Shown here: in pieces, positions 39,301 to 54,977 of the stretch
Layout of the letters: every line of letters begins with the position of its first letter
Position numbering within the stretch: the first letter of the stretch is position 1
Assembly (NCBI RefSeq): GCF_009914755.1
Contig: NC_060941.1
DNA: 64,000 bases
Direction: 5' to 3' (one strand)
Origin: the human T2T-CHM13v2.0 reference genome, Homo sapiens
Notes under the pieces: generated by a model
What the model was told of the DNA's origin: nothing
What the model saw: the letters and a program-made list of their open reading frames with translations, nothing else
Database searches by the model: none
Program-made: the position numbers and the translations under genes

Positions 39301-39842
39301 TGTGATGGTTAATATTGAGTATCAACTTGACTGGACTGAAGGATGCAAAGTATGATTCCTGGGTGTGTCTGTGAGGGTGTTGCCAAAGGAGATTAACATT
39401 TGAGCCAGTGGACTGGGAGAGCCAGAACCACCCTCAGTCTGGGTGAGCACCCTCTAATCAGCTGCCAGTGCAGCTAGTATAAAGCAAGCAGGAGAAGATG
39501 GAAGAACAGACTTGCTGAGTCTTTCGGCCTCCGTCTTTCTCCCGTGCTGGATGCTTCCTGCCCTTGAACATCAAACTCCAAGTTCTTCAGCTTTTGGACT
39601 TGTGGACTTACACTAGTGATTTCCCAGGGGCTCTCAGGCCTTTGGCCACAGACTGAAGGCTGCACTGTCAGCTTCCCTACTTTTGAGGTTTGGGACTCAA
39701 ACTGGCTTCCTTGTCCCTCAGCTTGCAGACAGCCTATCATAGGACTTCAGCTTGTGATCATGTGAGTCAATTCTCCTAATAAACTCCCCTTCATATATAC
39801 ATTCGTCCAACTACTTCTGTCCCTCTAGAGAACCCTAATACA
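39301..39842 (+). mobile_element. MLT2A2 (HERV-L) solo LTR
   Basis: TGTGATGGTTAATATTGAG...AGACTTGCTGAGTCTTTCGGCC...CCCTCTAGAGAACCCTAATACA; TSD GTCAC/GCCAT. Confidence 0.9.
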
Positions 39843-40069
39843 GCCATGATCTCATGTTTCTTTGCATCTCAAACACCTGCTGAAGCTTTGAGTTCACAGG
39901 GGCCTGAATCTAAAAGTTGTGACTTACAAATGGCAGGTTGCATCACTGGGTTCCTGAAATTGCTATGCGTATGTGCCTAGGCCGCCGAGACCAGGGATAA
40001 TGGACACTGGACCAGAACGGACATGGTTCTGCAGGCATGATGAATTACCCCGGGGTAGCCTGAAATCTA

Positions 40070-40336
40070 CTGCATGAAACACTGATGCCATGAATGTCAG
40101 CTGTCACTGGAAAAAAAAAAGGGTGCCATGGACACAGAAGTTTGGGAAATACTCATTGAGTTAAAGAAAGTGAATCATACTGGTTTCTTTATTTTAGGAC
40201 TCCTCAGAACTTTTAAGATATTAATGTGCACGATGAAGTTTCAAGAGGGGATTTATTTGAACACAGGAAATGTATGAGATCAGAGAGTGGAAAAGGGGGA
40301 TTCTCTTGGGATATTTCTGAGGACTATTTTGGGAAA
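40070..40336. mobile_element. MER103-like hAT fossil
   Basis: AAGTTTGGGAAATAC...GGTTTCTTTATTTTAGGACTCCTCAGAAC...TAATGTGCAC...CAAGAGGGG. Confidence 0.65.
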
Positions 40337-40365
40337 AACAATATATTAGATAACATCTACTTTGG

Positions 40366-40677
<312 letters not shown>

Positions 40678-41730
40678 TCACATAAATTCTGTGTTCCAAG
40701 TTCTAAGTTTCTATGATGTGGAAATAAGTCTTAATGAACCAACAAAACTTAAAGGTGAGGTCTGAGCCAGCCCCAAGTCATGTACTTATGACCTAAGAAG
40801 CAAACCATGGTGAAACTTTCTCAGTGTTCCACCTACTCCCTTTCCATCTCCTTGCTGGGCTAAGAAAAGGATTCTGGTAAGAAAAAAAAAAATCCAAGAG
40901 AGAATTTTAAAACATTAACTTTCAACTTTTATAGGCATATTTTAAACTTTTTATTTCACTATCTTACATATAAAATATTTGGGTGAGAATATTCTTGCCA
41001 AGAGCTCTATGCTGCCTAGAGACCCTTACACAGGCCAATGCATCTTGGTGGAAATCACTTTTTCTTAAAGAAATATGTAAATGGGTATTCAAATGCAAAG
41101 CCCAGAATCAGAGACTGAGCTATCTCTTCTATACTAATTTCCCTCGCTGACCTCTTGTGCTGTAGTAATATATCATTTAGTTTGACATCTGATCAAATCC
41201 ATTAGTGTAAAATGTTTTTGCTAATTAGTTATATTGTTTTCTAACAGTTTAAATGCTTTAATGCTCCAAAATTCTATTATATCATGCTGTGTTAATTGTA
41301 TCGTATTACCATAATGTTAATTATATAATTCTATCATTGAATTCTCATAATATTACACTTATAAACTAAGTATTGTCAAAGTATTCCCCTTTTATAGGTA
41401 AGAAAAGAAAGTCAGAACAAAGTTAAATAATTATCTCAGGTCATACAATTAGTAATGGCTGAAGCCAGGACTTAGATCAAAATCCATCTGAAACCAAAGC
41501 CTGTGTTCTTCACCATCACCTTAAGTTGCCTTTCATAATTATTGGAATAAGACTGAGAAAGAGGAAAAATGGAATCTTTAAGATAACTTCTTCAAGTAAA
41601 TATCAAAATGCCTTTAAACTTAATCATTAAAAATTGGAAATAGATTTTAGTAAATAAATAGTAACACACAAGGACAGATTGAAAAAATACAGTGTTTTAT
41701 GATCTGCAAATTACATCTCACTTATAATAA

Positions 41731-42118
<388 letters not shown>

Positions 42119-42695
42119 CCAAAATGTACACTTTTAAAGATGCATTCCAAACTCTTAGAATCAAGGGATTTAAAAAAAAAAAAACAACAACAACAACAAA
42201 AAAACCTACCACCAAATTGGTGGGAGGAGAAAAGAACTTTACGGTTTACAAAATGCAATTGATCTTCAAGTATGGTAAAACACACTCATTTGTACCAATT
42301 AACTTCATTATTCTATTTGGAAGATTTATCTCCCTCTCTGTATTCTAACCTTCTTTAAAGTTTTTAGTCTGAGCAATCTTTACTACCTTATTTCTAGTTA
42401 AGATTGCAATAATTTGTCATTGGTGTGCAGGCACTTTCTTAACTATTCCTGTGTTACAAATAAAAGAGCCAGTATTGCTCGGGAGATTATCTCAAGGGCC
42501 CTGAAAAGCCAAGCACTATAAAATCGTTAGACATTGAAGATGCGAAGAAAACCCATAAAACAACACATAAAAATGTGTCTTCCCATGCCATTTATACGGA
42601 AAGATGGTGCAGTTCAATCCCTCAAGCCAAAGACTATTTTAGAATTCAAGTTTCAATCAGAACTTTCAGAAAGGAAGAGGTTTCACTCTCTTTGA

Positions 42696-43071
<376 letters not shown>

Positions 43072-43087
43072 TCCAATGGCCTTTTGA

Positions 43088-43141
43088 TCTCTCTCTCTTT
43101 CTTTCTCTCTTTCTCTTTCTTTCCCCCTCTCTCTCTGTCTC
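43088..43141. repeat. (CT/CTTT)n polypyrimidine tract
   Basis: Read directly from the sequence. Confidence 0.85.
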
Positions 43142-43699
43142 ATGAAATCTGCTTCTTCTAGCGAATATTATTTCTGGAAAATACCTGCTCAATCAGACCT
43201 CCAACTCCTGGAGAAAAAAAAAATATATTTATTTAGGCAGATTTATAATTAGAAAAAAATCTGATAAATGTAGAGGTTCATACTCACTTGAAGAGCCGTT
43301 GAATTAACCATTCAAGGGAGTTGTTTTTTCTTTAAAAGACTAATTCTCTGGGTGCATAATAGATAGTTATCATTCTAGCCAACAGTATTAATTTAGCTCT
43401 GCCAGGCAGCAATCAGTGTGAACACCAGAAGAAAAGTTAAGGATGGCATCACCAGGTAGGGAGGAAATCAAATCCCAGGTATCATAGTTTTAATCTCACG
43501 ACGTCCAAAGACTAATGTGTCAGAGGGAATCAGAGACAGCATCCAGAGGGAGCAAAGGACATCAAAGGTGAGTGAACTCTGGTCCTAGAGCAGAGAAGGT
43601 CTGTTTTCTGTCATTTTTTTACACTGCATTCCTTGTTAGTTTTGAACATAGATCATGATGGCCAGGAAGATGGCAATGATTTCCTGGTACGCTGTAATA

Positions 43700-44100
43700 G
43701 TTGCTGTTAACGCTGTTGGTACTCTTCCCCCTTGTATCATCTTAGCTGTCACCATTTCTGCACACATCAATCTGACAGCTTCCAACCATGAACACCTATG
43801 TCTCTTTGAGCGCTTTCTCTAGTTATCTGAACCTGCCCAGAAAGCTGGAAGTGCCAAGGAGTTAGCAGCTCCCCACCGCCCTCAAGCAATAACTGACCAG
43901 AGTTGAAACCTCGGAGGAATCTTCCACACTGCCACTGAGAGTTCCCCAGCAGGAAGGCCTCAGTTGTGTGTGGTGTGTATCTGCTTCATTTCCTTCCCTG
44001 CCTTATATCCCCACTCTTTACTGATGTTTCTTGGAATCACCTCCCAGATAAACTTCTTGCACTGGAATCCTTGTGCCTCCAGAAATGCAGCTGAAAACAT
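43700..44100 (+). mobile_element. ERVL LTR (LTR16A-like)
   Basis: GAAAGCTGGAAGTGCCAAGGAGTTA...CACCTCCCAGATAAACTTCTTGCACTGGAATCCTTG. Confidence 0.65.
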
Positions 44101-44849
44101 AGGCCCACGCTGATAGAGAAAGGAAGGGAAATCAGAAATTCTAAAGTTATCACAAGATCCTAAAAGTGCCCCAATGTCAATGATCCTATTTTTGTGTCTC
44201 AGACATGTTACTACAGATACCATAAAACATATGTAATTCTACAGGAGCTAGGTCTAGTCTGTGGATTACCAAGACCAATTTTCTGAGCCATGCCCCATCC
44301 AGGCAATCAGATGAAAAGAGTGTCTTTCTGTCATTTAGGGAAAACCATGATTCATGGAGACCAGCGAGGTCTTTGCATGTGATCAGGATGGCTGGTCAGG
44401 ATGCCTATCATGCATGCCACGTAAATGTTTCAATTGTGGGGCTCTGCAAAGGGTTTTACGTGAGTAAGTGTGGAATGCATTCAAGAATGAAAATTATCAA
44501 GTATTCAGAAGGAGATGGACTCTGGGGCTCTGAGAAATGTTCTTTGTGAGCCCTTTGAGAGTTAGGAGCCAGAGTTTTGAATCCCACACGTGGCTCAGTT
44601 TTCAGTCTGAGTAAAAACATCCGTGGGGTGCTAGACAAGATCAGTGCCTGGGAGACTCGGGAGACTCAAAACCGGGACATGAACAAGGTACTTTGTTTAT
44701 AAGGAAATTATACGGGAACCTTTAGAAAGAAAAATGTGGTCTAACAGTAATTGCATAGTTGGTGCTGGAGTAGAGCACCAGCAAGCAGCAAACCCATAGG
44801 AATGGGGTTCATTAAACCATCTGCAAATGGCAGGTGATGGAGGAAGGTA

Positions 44850-45370
44850 GAGGATAACACCCTGTGGGGAAATCTTGGGACATTTTCATGGCTGCAGAAA
44901 CTGCTGGGACATTTGAGGAATATAAAGGAAGTCAATGTGGTCAGAAAAATAAACACAAGGAAACTGACAAAAAATTAGATTGCAAACTAACATAAGAACC
45001 AGACATATAAAGACTTGTAAACCATGATAAGGACTTTGGGTCACATTCCAATTGCAATGGGAGACCATAGGGGCAGTTTTGAGTAGAAGAATGATATGCT
45101 CACATTTAAATTTTGAGATCACTTTGGCTACAGAAGAAGATTGGCCTGACATTTACCAAATATACTAGAAAATGTGCTTATGATATACTAGATATTGTGC
45201 TATACCTCTCAGTGCATGTAATCCTTACTACATCTTGACAAAACAGGTCATTTTTATTATCTCCATGGCTCAGAAAAGATGTGTCTAACCCTGAGTCACC
45301 CACTGGTAAGTGATGGAGTTAGGAACTGAATCCAGACAGAGCTAATTGCAAAGACTGAACTCAAAATATA
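44850..45370 (-). mobile_element. L2 fragment followed by a MIR fragment
   Basis: GTAAACCATGATAAGGACTTTGG...GAGATCACTTTGGCT; CTGGTAAGTGATGGAGTTAGGAACTGAATCCAG. Confidence 0.65.
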
Positions 45371-45658
45371 CCTCAGAGTACTCTCGAAAGACCATATGCA
45401 AATTCCCTCTCTCCAACCCATCACCTAATGCTTGTTGATGTTCTCATGGGTTCAGTAAGTTATATCACAGAATCCACTGTCTATTCAATGGCTGCCCAAT
45501 ATGAACGTGGAGTTTTAATGGAACAGGTTTTTGTTTGGGGGCCCCACTTCTCTAGCGTTACAGGTGTGCCTTCTTCTACACATAAATCTACTGATACTAT
45601 TACTGAGCTGAATTTAGGTCTGCCTGCTCAGTGCAGAAAAGCCAAACACTGACATTGA

Positions 45659-46055
<397 letters not shown>

Positions 46056-46450
46056 ACATGTAAGGGTTTTTAAGGTGGGGAAGCAGAGGTTACAGGCAGA
46101 GTCATAAGCCAATACATGGAGGCGATCCATTAATTTGACCTAAAAATTCAAGACATCTTCAATCAGGGGCTTATAGGTCACAGGTAGATTCAAAGATTTT
46201 CTGATTTGTAATTGATTAAGGAAGTGAAACTTTGTCTGAAGACTTGAGGTCAGCAGAAAAGATGTTAGGTCTGAACCTGTAAGCATGACCTCCTCCAGGC
46301 CTCTCGGGAAAAAATTTAGAACAAAGAATGGCAGTCCGGAGTTCAGTCCTCAGTTCCTTCTTACCTGGGGTGTATGCACCAGGGGATCCATTTGGAGGGG
46401 GTCTAGGTTTCTAGAAAACAACTCAGGGACATATGTTAAGATGTAATCTT

Positions 46451-46778
46451 GGTCGGGCACTGTGGCTCACACCTGTAATCCCAGTACTTTGGGAGGCCAA
46501 TGTGGGCAGTTCATTTGAGGCTGAGGAGTTCGAGACCAACCTGATCAACATGGTGAAACCCTGTCTCTACTAAAAATACAAAAAAAAAAAAAATAGCCAG
46601 ATGTGGTGGCGTACACCTGTAATCCTAGCTACTCAGAAGGCTGAGGCAGGAAAATAACTTGAACCTGGGTGGCTGAGGTTGCAGTGACCTGAGATCTCAC
46701 CACTCCACTCCAGCCTGGGTGACATAGTGAGACTCCATCTCAAAAAATAATAATAATAATAAAAAATAAATAAAAGAA
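46451..46778 (+). mobile_element. AluS
   Basis: Full dimer; TSD AGATGTAATCTT/AGATGTTATCTT. Confidence 0.93.
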
Positions 46779-46793
46779 GAGATGTTATCTTTA

Positions 46794-47189
46794 TGTCCAT
46801 CAGTGATGGACTGGATAGAGAAAATATGGTACATACACACCATGGAATACTACACAGTCATAAATCATGTCCTTACTGCAGCCACATAGATGGAGCTGGA
46901 GGCCATTATCCTAAGTGGATTAACATAGGAACAGAAAACCAAATAGAGCATTTTCTCACTTTTAAGTGGGAGCTACAAACTGAGTACACGTGGACACAAA
47001 GAAGGGAACAGTAGACCCTGGGGCCTATTGAGGGTGGAGGATGGTGAGGAATGAAAAACTACCTCCTGGGTGCTATGCTGATTATCTGGGTGACAAAATT
47101 ATCTGTACACCAAACCCGTGCAACACACAATTCACCCATGTAACAAACCTGCACGTGTACCTCTTGAACCTAAAATAAAAGAAAAAAAG
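46794..47189 (+). mobile_element. 5'-truncated primate L1 (L1PB/late L1PA) 3' end
   Basis: ATACACACCATGGAATACTAC...GTAACAAACCTGCACGTGTACCTCTTGAACCTAAAATAAAAG; TSD TGTTATCTTTA. Confidence 0.92.
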
Positions 47190-48076
47190 TGTTATCTTTA
47201 GTTTCTGTAGGGAACCAAACATCTCCTGACTCTAACTTCCTTGGCTGTTGTTTTAAAGCCACTGTTACCTTCTTGCTTAATCGAGTTGCTCATTTGCTTC
47301 TCAGGGCTGGCTAGGTGTCTAGAATTTCCCTTGGAGGAACTCAAGATTTTCCCTTATTTCCACGGTTGGGGGTTCCACAGGCCCCTAAGTGGGAGTCCGT
47401 ACTCCATCTCATTACCTGTTTATAGATGCTACATTCTCACTGAGTTTTGAGGGCGGGCTGGAGGGACAGCAGGACATAGCCTGGGGCCATTGTCACTTGG
47501 GGCCCTTGAGTCTCGGGATCTCTTTCAGTAGGCTCAGGCTGGTGCTAGGCTTTTCACTGGGACCTTAGCAGTGTCCTTGTAAAACCCTACAAGAGTCGTA
47601 AATGGTTCTTAAGGAGACATTTGCCCAGACCACTTTTTTATTTCTGTAAATGTGAAAGATTAAAGTGCACTTTGGGGCATCTGTCCCTGCTTCCTGCAGA
47701 CTTGCATTTTTTTTCATCTATTCCTGACAAGCATGTATCAACCCTGTCCTAAAATCTTTACAGAAAGTGATCCCACAAGTTCTGCATTACAGGAAAGTAT
47801 TTCCATTTGGTACTTACAGAAACATTCCTGTTACCCAGTGCCACTTAGGAATAAGCAAACCCAGATCCACGCTGCAGTTTCTACAGATCCTTGCATGTCT
47901 CCCACCACATCCTAGGTGCCCTCATTTACTGTCTTGTTTATTTCATCATCTCAAATTCTTCACAAGTTTGATTGTCTGTAATAACGAACACAAATTGAGA
48001 CTGCCTCCTGGCTCACAATGATTCTCTCAGTGGTGATCATTCTTCCACCATAGCCTCCCTTCTTATAAGATGTCCT

Positions 48077-48950
<874 letters not shown>

Positions 48951-49569
48951 AAATTGAAGAGAAAGGGGAAAGAAGCAGCTCTATAGGAAGGGGCACCCTG
49001 ATGGTGGAAACGATGGTTGATAATCCCACACCGAGAGAGAGAACTGGAGAAGCAAGGAGCAGGCAGAGCATGCACTTCCACAGTGCAGTGCGGGATGTTT
49101 ATAACTCTGACCCTGAATCTGTGCCAAAAGTTCAATAGACTCTGTGTAAGTGAGGGATAAAATAATAGATATTTTAGAGATATTTTAATCCAAATGGTGA
49201 ATTCTTTTTAGAGCTCAGGTGTTTGAAGGACTGGATTTGGTTAGTAAGATCTACATGCTGAATTCCAGATAAATAAAGCACTTTAAAAAGGATTTTTACC
49301 ATATCAAATTCATAATTTTTCCCAACACTCTACAATTATTTTCTCTTACAGACTCTATTTTCTATTCCAAATGCAAACACTTGTATAAACATGGATTTCC
49401 TTTCATTTCTTTTCCATTTTCTTTTTCTTGCTGTTTGATTCATTCCCCTTTCCATCATTTGGGCCTGTTGGTCTGCAACTTGCTCTACCTTCAGCACTGG
49501 CCATATCCCAGTCCTCAGAATTGAGGTGTTTTTGTTGTTGTTTTTGTTTTTTGTTTTTTGTTTTATAAA

Positions 49570-49636
49570 TTCTTTTTTTTTTACTTTGTTTATTTTTTTA
49601 TTTTTATTTTTTATTATACTTTAGGTTTTAGGGTAC
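49570..49636 (-). mobile_element. Extreme 3' stub of a young L1PA plus A-rich tail
   Basis: TTATTATACTTTAGGTTTTAGGGTAC is the reverse complement of the L1PA terminus. Confidence 0.7.
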
Positions 49637-49959
49637 CAAAGGTGCATTCGTTCAAAATGCAGGGCCTCTACCTTCTGGTAGTTTATCTCCTGTGCTAGCC
49701 CTACGGCCCTACGGTCACGACCCCAGCTTGCAGCCCAGGAAGTGGTAAGGCAGATCCATGAGTTAACAGACTCTCCTGAGTCATGGTTCTAACCAGTACT
49801 CATCTTCCTAGGACAGAGGCTCTGCTCAGCTCCTGCCCATCCCCCAAAGATGTACCTTTGGTAAATTCCACTTCAGCAGCTGAACTCCTGTGCCAACTCT
49901 ATAGCTCTCCAATTATTGCCTTCCCCTTTTGGGTGCCCCTGCATATCCAGCAGGAGAGC

Positions 49960-50407
49960 CTCAAAGCGGGGCTTAGCCCACAAAAGTTCTTGGTTTGGGC
50001 CAGGAAAGAATTCAAAGGTAAGCCAGTGGTAGGGTGGAAGAAAACAGCTTTATTGAAGAGGCGGTGTTACAGCTCCAGCAGTGATACAGCTCTGTGACTG
50101 CTCCTGCAGAGCAGGACTACTCCATAAGGTAATGTGCTGGGAGGAGCAGCTCAGGGCGGCTCCCAGTCATATTTATACCCACTTTTAATTACATGTACAT
50201 CCGATTAAGGGGTGGTTATGCAAAAGAATGATTGCCGTGGAAAGGGGCGGTAACTCCAGGTGTTGCCATGGCAGTGGTAAACTGATGTAGCACATTGGTG
50301 GGCATGTCTTATGTAAAGCTGCTTCCACTCCATTTCTGTCTTAGCTAGTCCTCAATTTGGTCCGGTGTCTGAGTCCCACCTCGAGTCCAGTCCCACCCCC
50401 TACCTCA
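49960..50407 (-). mobile_element. ERV1 LTR (MER50-like)
   Basis: CCAGGAAAGAATTCAAAGG...CAGTCATATTTATACCCACTTTTAATTA...CTACCTCA. Confidence 0.75.
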
Positions 50408-50852
50408 CCACCTCCTGCCAAATCACCTGGGTACAACCGGTTTGAGTCCAGTTATTCCTGTCATCTCCCACTAGGTCATACGGACCCCTGCTTACTCACT
50501 CGGAGTGTCTTTCTCCTGTTACCCGCTACTCTCCACCCTCTGCTAACTCCCATTAGGGCCCATCTGGGCCTATCATGCAGCTGCTGCTGCAGGTAACATT
50601 TCTCTGACTCCAAGTTTTTCTAACTGTGTGCATTTCTACCATCCCACCGACCCCCAAATAGCCATGTCCCACAGGTATTTCTAATCGAGAATCCAGCTTT
50701 TTGTCTCCATTGGTGTTGAATATTATATCTGCTCCTTTTATTAGTATAGTTTCCTAAGTATATGATTTCCATACCTTCTGGCATGTGAATCTCCAAGATT
50801 TTTTTTTCTAATTCTTCTAAGCTTTATATTGAATTTTACCAATGACTTGTAA

Positions 50853-51164
50853 TTTTTTTTTTTTTTTTTTTTTGACGGAGTCTTGCTCTATCGCCCAGGC
50901 TGGAGTGCAGTGGCATGATCTTGGCTCACTGCAAGCTCCACCTCTCAGGTTCACGCCATTACGCCATTCTCCCACCTCAGCCTCGCGCGTAGCTGGGATT
51001 ACAGGCACATGCCACCATGCCCGACTAATTTTGTTTTTGTATTTTTAGTAGAGACAGGGTTTCACCCTGTTAGCCAGGATAGTCTCGATCTCCTGACCTC
51101 GTGATCCGCCCGCCTCGGCCTCCCAAAGTGCTGGGATTACAGGCATGAGCCAACTCACCCAGCC
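50853..51164 (-). mobile_element. AluY with internal 8-bp duplication (ACGCCATT x2)
   Basis: Y diagnostics; TSD ATGACTTGTAATTT. Confidence 0.95.
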
Positions 51165-52029
51165 ATGACTTGTAATTTGTATTGTATTATATCTATGCCA
51201 CCACCCCTTTAAGATATCTGCCATTCCACTTCTATCGTATATTTGTGTTTTTGTGTAATATTTGCATATGACTTTCTTCTTTTTCCCTTTTCAATGTTCT
51301 TACTTTTTCAACATTCTGCCATTCTTGCCAAATTATGCATCTTGTAATTCTATTTCTTTTGCAAAGAGGGACTCCTACCGTTCAGTGTTTTATCTTAGGT
51401 AAATAAAATTTAAATTTTTTGAGAATTTAAAAATTAACTGAGAACCTGTCCTTTTCTTGCTAATTAGTTAAACCATAATTTAATCAATTGAAAATAATTG
51501 TACATTTATTATTTATAGCTTGCTCTTACTGTTGTTTTCCAGTGGTAGGGATGTGAACTGTCTTTGGGCTACATTATTCTTATTATTTCGTAAAATATTA
51601 AAAATAGTCTTCATCAATGAGACCACTTAACTGACATTCAGAAAGCAGCAGAATTGTTTGACCCAACTTGTCTGATATTTTCAAAATCTTTCACGTAATA
51701 ATTCATCCTCCTCTTATTTTAATTTTTCAATTATTTTCCCATACCTATAATAATTAATATCTATCCATATATCCGATACTGCTGGGTCCTGAGTTTCCTT
51801 CCTGTTCCAGCCATTGGACCCTGCATGTGATCCCTCTTTGCTTTGAGTCACCCGCTCTCAGCTTCACTGCTCAGTGCAGCAGAGGCTCCTATGAGCAGTC
51901 CCTGGGGGGGCCTCACCTAACTTTCCAATAACAGTCTCGCCCGGAGCACACAGTGCAATTTATTTTCCTTTCTAGATACGTTTTTGTATTGTGTGAATAC
52001 AGAAGAAAAAAATGGTTTTTCTTAAGGGA

Positions 52030-52810
52030 AACAGAAAAAAATGAAAACTGAACAGTAATAGAAAAATGGTCAAAGAACATGCAGAGGTAATTGACAAAAG
52101 AAATTCCCATGGACAATAAACATATGAAAAATGTTCAACATCAGATAAAAAATGAAAATTAAAATCATGAGATGCCCCTTTCATCTAACAGATTGGCAAG
52201 ATTAAATACATTCTCAGTGTCAGAATTTAGAAAACTTCCTAAAACATTGCATTTGAGTTGCCGGAAAAGAAGATGAATTGCAACACTCTAAAAGCTAGCT
52301 CAGCAAAATATATCAAATGCCTTAGGTTACAAGTAACATTTATGCATACATTTCTAGAAATTTAACTTCTTGGTTAAAAGGAATAAAGAGTAACAGTAAA
52401 CTTTTATCCATATGCATAATTATAACAACGTTATTTAGAATAGTATAAAAAGGGAAACAACCTAAATGTCCATCAACTGAGGATTGTCTGTATCAGTTTT
52501 ATTCTGTCCATGATGGAACATATGAGGCCATTAGAAGTCACACAGTATAAGAATATGAAGAAAAATTTTACTGTATGTTGCTAAGAGAATAAATCAAGTG
52601 CGAAAATAATATGGATGGCTTAAATCAAATTATTATAAATTATTTTTGAGAGTTGTCTAGATGCATAGGACAAAATACCAAAAGATGACAAAATGAAAAG
52701 TTATTGGAGGCTATTTCTGGGGGTTCCGACATGGAGACTTTTTCTCTCTTGTGCTTTTCTATGTTCTCCAAATTGTTTATGATTTTAAAAAACTTAACTT
52801 TTTAAAAAGA
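52030..52810 (+). mobile_element. L1ME 3' fragment
   Basis: AATAAACATATGAAAAATGTTCAACATCA; GGAAACAACCTAAATGTCCATCAA. Confidence 0.8.
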
Positions 52811-53064
52811 GTCAACCTTTGGAAACACTGAAAGTGTCCTATAATTCAATGTCAGCACCTATCTGTTTCCTGTTTCCTCTAATTCATCTTATTTCCCCTA
52901 AACAGTAATGCTATGGGGCGGGGTGGCGGGTGGGGATAAGCCATCTACTACTTTTTTTCCTCGTTGTTTTGTTGTTAATACTCCTTCAGTATTGCTCTTT
53001 GTTCACTGAAATATGAAACAGTGGCTGAAATAGATCCAGCATCTTGCCAGTTACTAGAACCAAG

Positions 53065-53330
53065 AATGAGAGCAAACAATCACATGGTGTTTCCTGAGTT
53101 CCGGGAACTGTTCTAATAATGCACGTGTGTGTGTGTGCACGCGTGTGTGTGTGTATTTAAATTCTCACACAACAGCTCCATGAGATAGATCTTAATATCA
53201 TGCCCCTTTTATGAATGAAGAAACTGAGAAGCCAAGTGACCTACCCAAAGTCACACAGCAAGTGCGTGTCCAAGCCTGGATTCAAGCACAGTCAGTGGCC
53301 CCAGAAGCTGTGCCCATCATCACCATGAGA
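53065..53330 (-). mobile_element. MIR with internal (TG/CA)n
   Basis: ATGAAGAAACTGAG...GTGACCTACCCAAAGTCACACAGCAAG. Confidence 0.8.
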
Positions 53331-54977
53331 TGCCACTTCTACAAGGATGCAAGATGCACACAGTATGGCTCTTGTGTTTTCCATTCTTTGCCATTGCGCT
53401 ATTTCAACCGAGGTCTGGGTTAAGTAAGAATTTTTGGGCTGACTTTGATCCTTAACTGCCATTTATAATATTACTTCTATAGAAAGAAATCACTACCCAT
53501 TCTAAACAACTGACCTTCAAATGAAATTTCTGAAAAGTCTATTTATAAGTTGGGGTCTGCCTGTTTATCTCCCAAGGAGATTAATGCCAAGGGAAAGACA
53601 TGTGTTTCCATCCAAAAGAAATGTCTGGAAATTATTTGGCCTTTGGATCACCTCAGGCCATCCATCTTTAGCCAGGAGTTTACTCTGAAGACTCTTCATC
53701 AAGTGCTTAAACCATGAATAAAGACTCTTCGGAATGCTAACATCAAGTCACAGACATGGTTTTGGAAGCCCTAGAATTTTCAAATGGGCACACACATACT
53801 TCTGGGAAAAGAGTCCTTCTTGGCCACTTGGCACTCTTGAAGAGAAGGCAGAAAAGCATGAAAGCCGAGCATTTCCTGATCCTTTCAGAAGTAGATGAAT
53901 GTTCAATGAAGATAAAATATTCTAGAAGAGAGAAAAGGCTGAAGGGCAGGAGAGATTTAAGCTGGCATAATTTTCATTGTTCCTAAATATATTCTAATAT
54001 ATGCTTGGATTTGCCTGCCAGAAGTAGACCACATAATCAACAGGTTGCAAAAAATTGCTTACTGAGCTATTTCAATCCAATTTCTAATAGCAATAGACAG
54101 AATACAATTTTGCTCCATTTCCCTTTCCAAAAGGTAAAGCTGTCAGAGAAGTTTACGTAAAAGCAATACAGCAATATCATACTGTATCCTTAGAAAAATG
54201 CATATTTGTACACATTTTCTCCTTCATCAGCAAGAGAAAATTGGGAGACTCAGAGGTAACAGGAGAAATCTCCCTAGCTGAGAATTAAATCAGGAAAACT
54301 AAAGATACAGTTTAAAAGCTTTTTATACAAAACCATCTCATTTGGAAAACCAAAACAAGCAACCATTCCCAAATTGCAAGGACATGAACCATGTTGTCAC
54401 AAACTGGAAATTGTACAAGATTAGGAAATAACAAAATCTAATCTCATGGAAAAAGAAATCATAGTCATCTGAAGTTCCACAAAGAATGCTGTCCAGCTTT
54501 ATTACTCTAAGGAAAAATTCTGAGTAGAAAGTAGTGACATTTTCTGGTCATGGCGATAAAGCTCCTTTACATGTGGTATACATTCAGTGAGTGTTTGAAA
54601 ACAGATCCTATTATAGGCACATACTTTTGATACATGTGTTTAACACTGATTTAGTTTTTACACATAGCAGACTTGTGTTACATCTGGTTCTCAAAGTTGA
54701 GAGATTCATAAATAATCTGCATATTGCGTTGTTGGTTCCTTTTGCTCTGTTTGATGAAAAGAAAGTGTGTTTTTACAAGGAGAAAAAGACTTTTTAATCA
54801 TTCATCAGCTCTGTTAATAAGCACTCTAAATCCTAGAATGTGGGCTTAGATTTCCTGAAGACTTTAATGGCATAATATTTTACAATTATTCTTCACTAAG
54901 GTGTCATTTTATTGTATTGACATTTTTTTTTTGTTTCCATGTTTACGTCCAAAGATACTGATAACAGACTAGAACTA

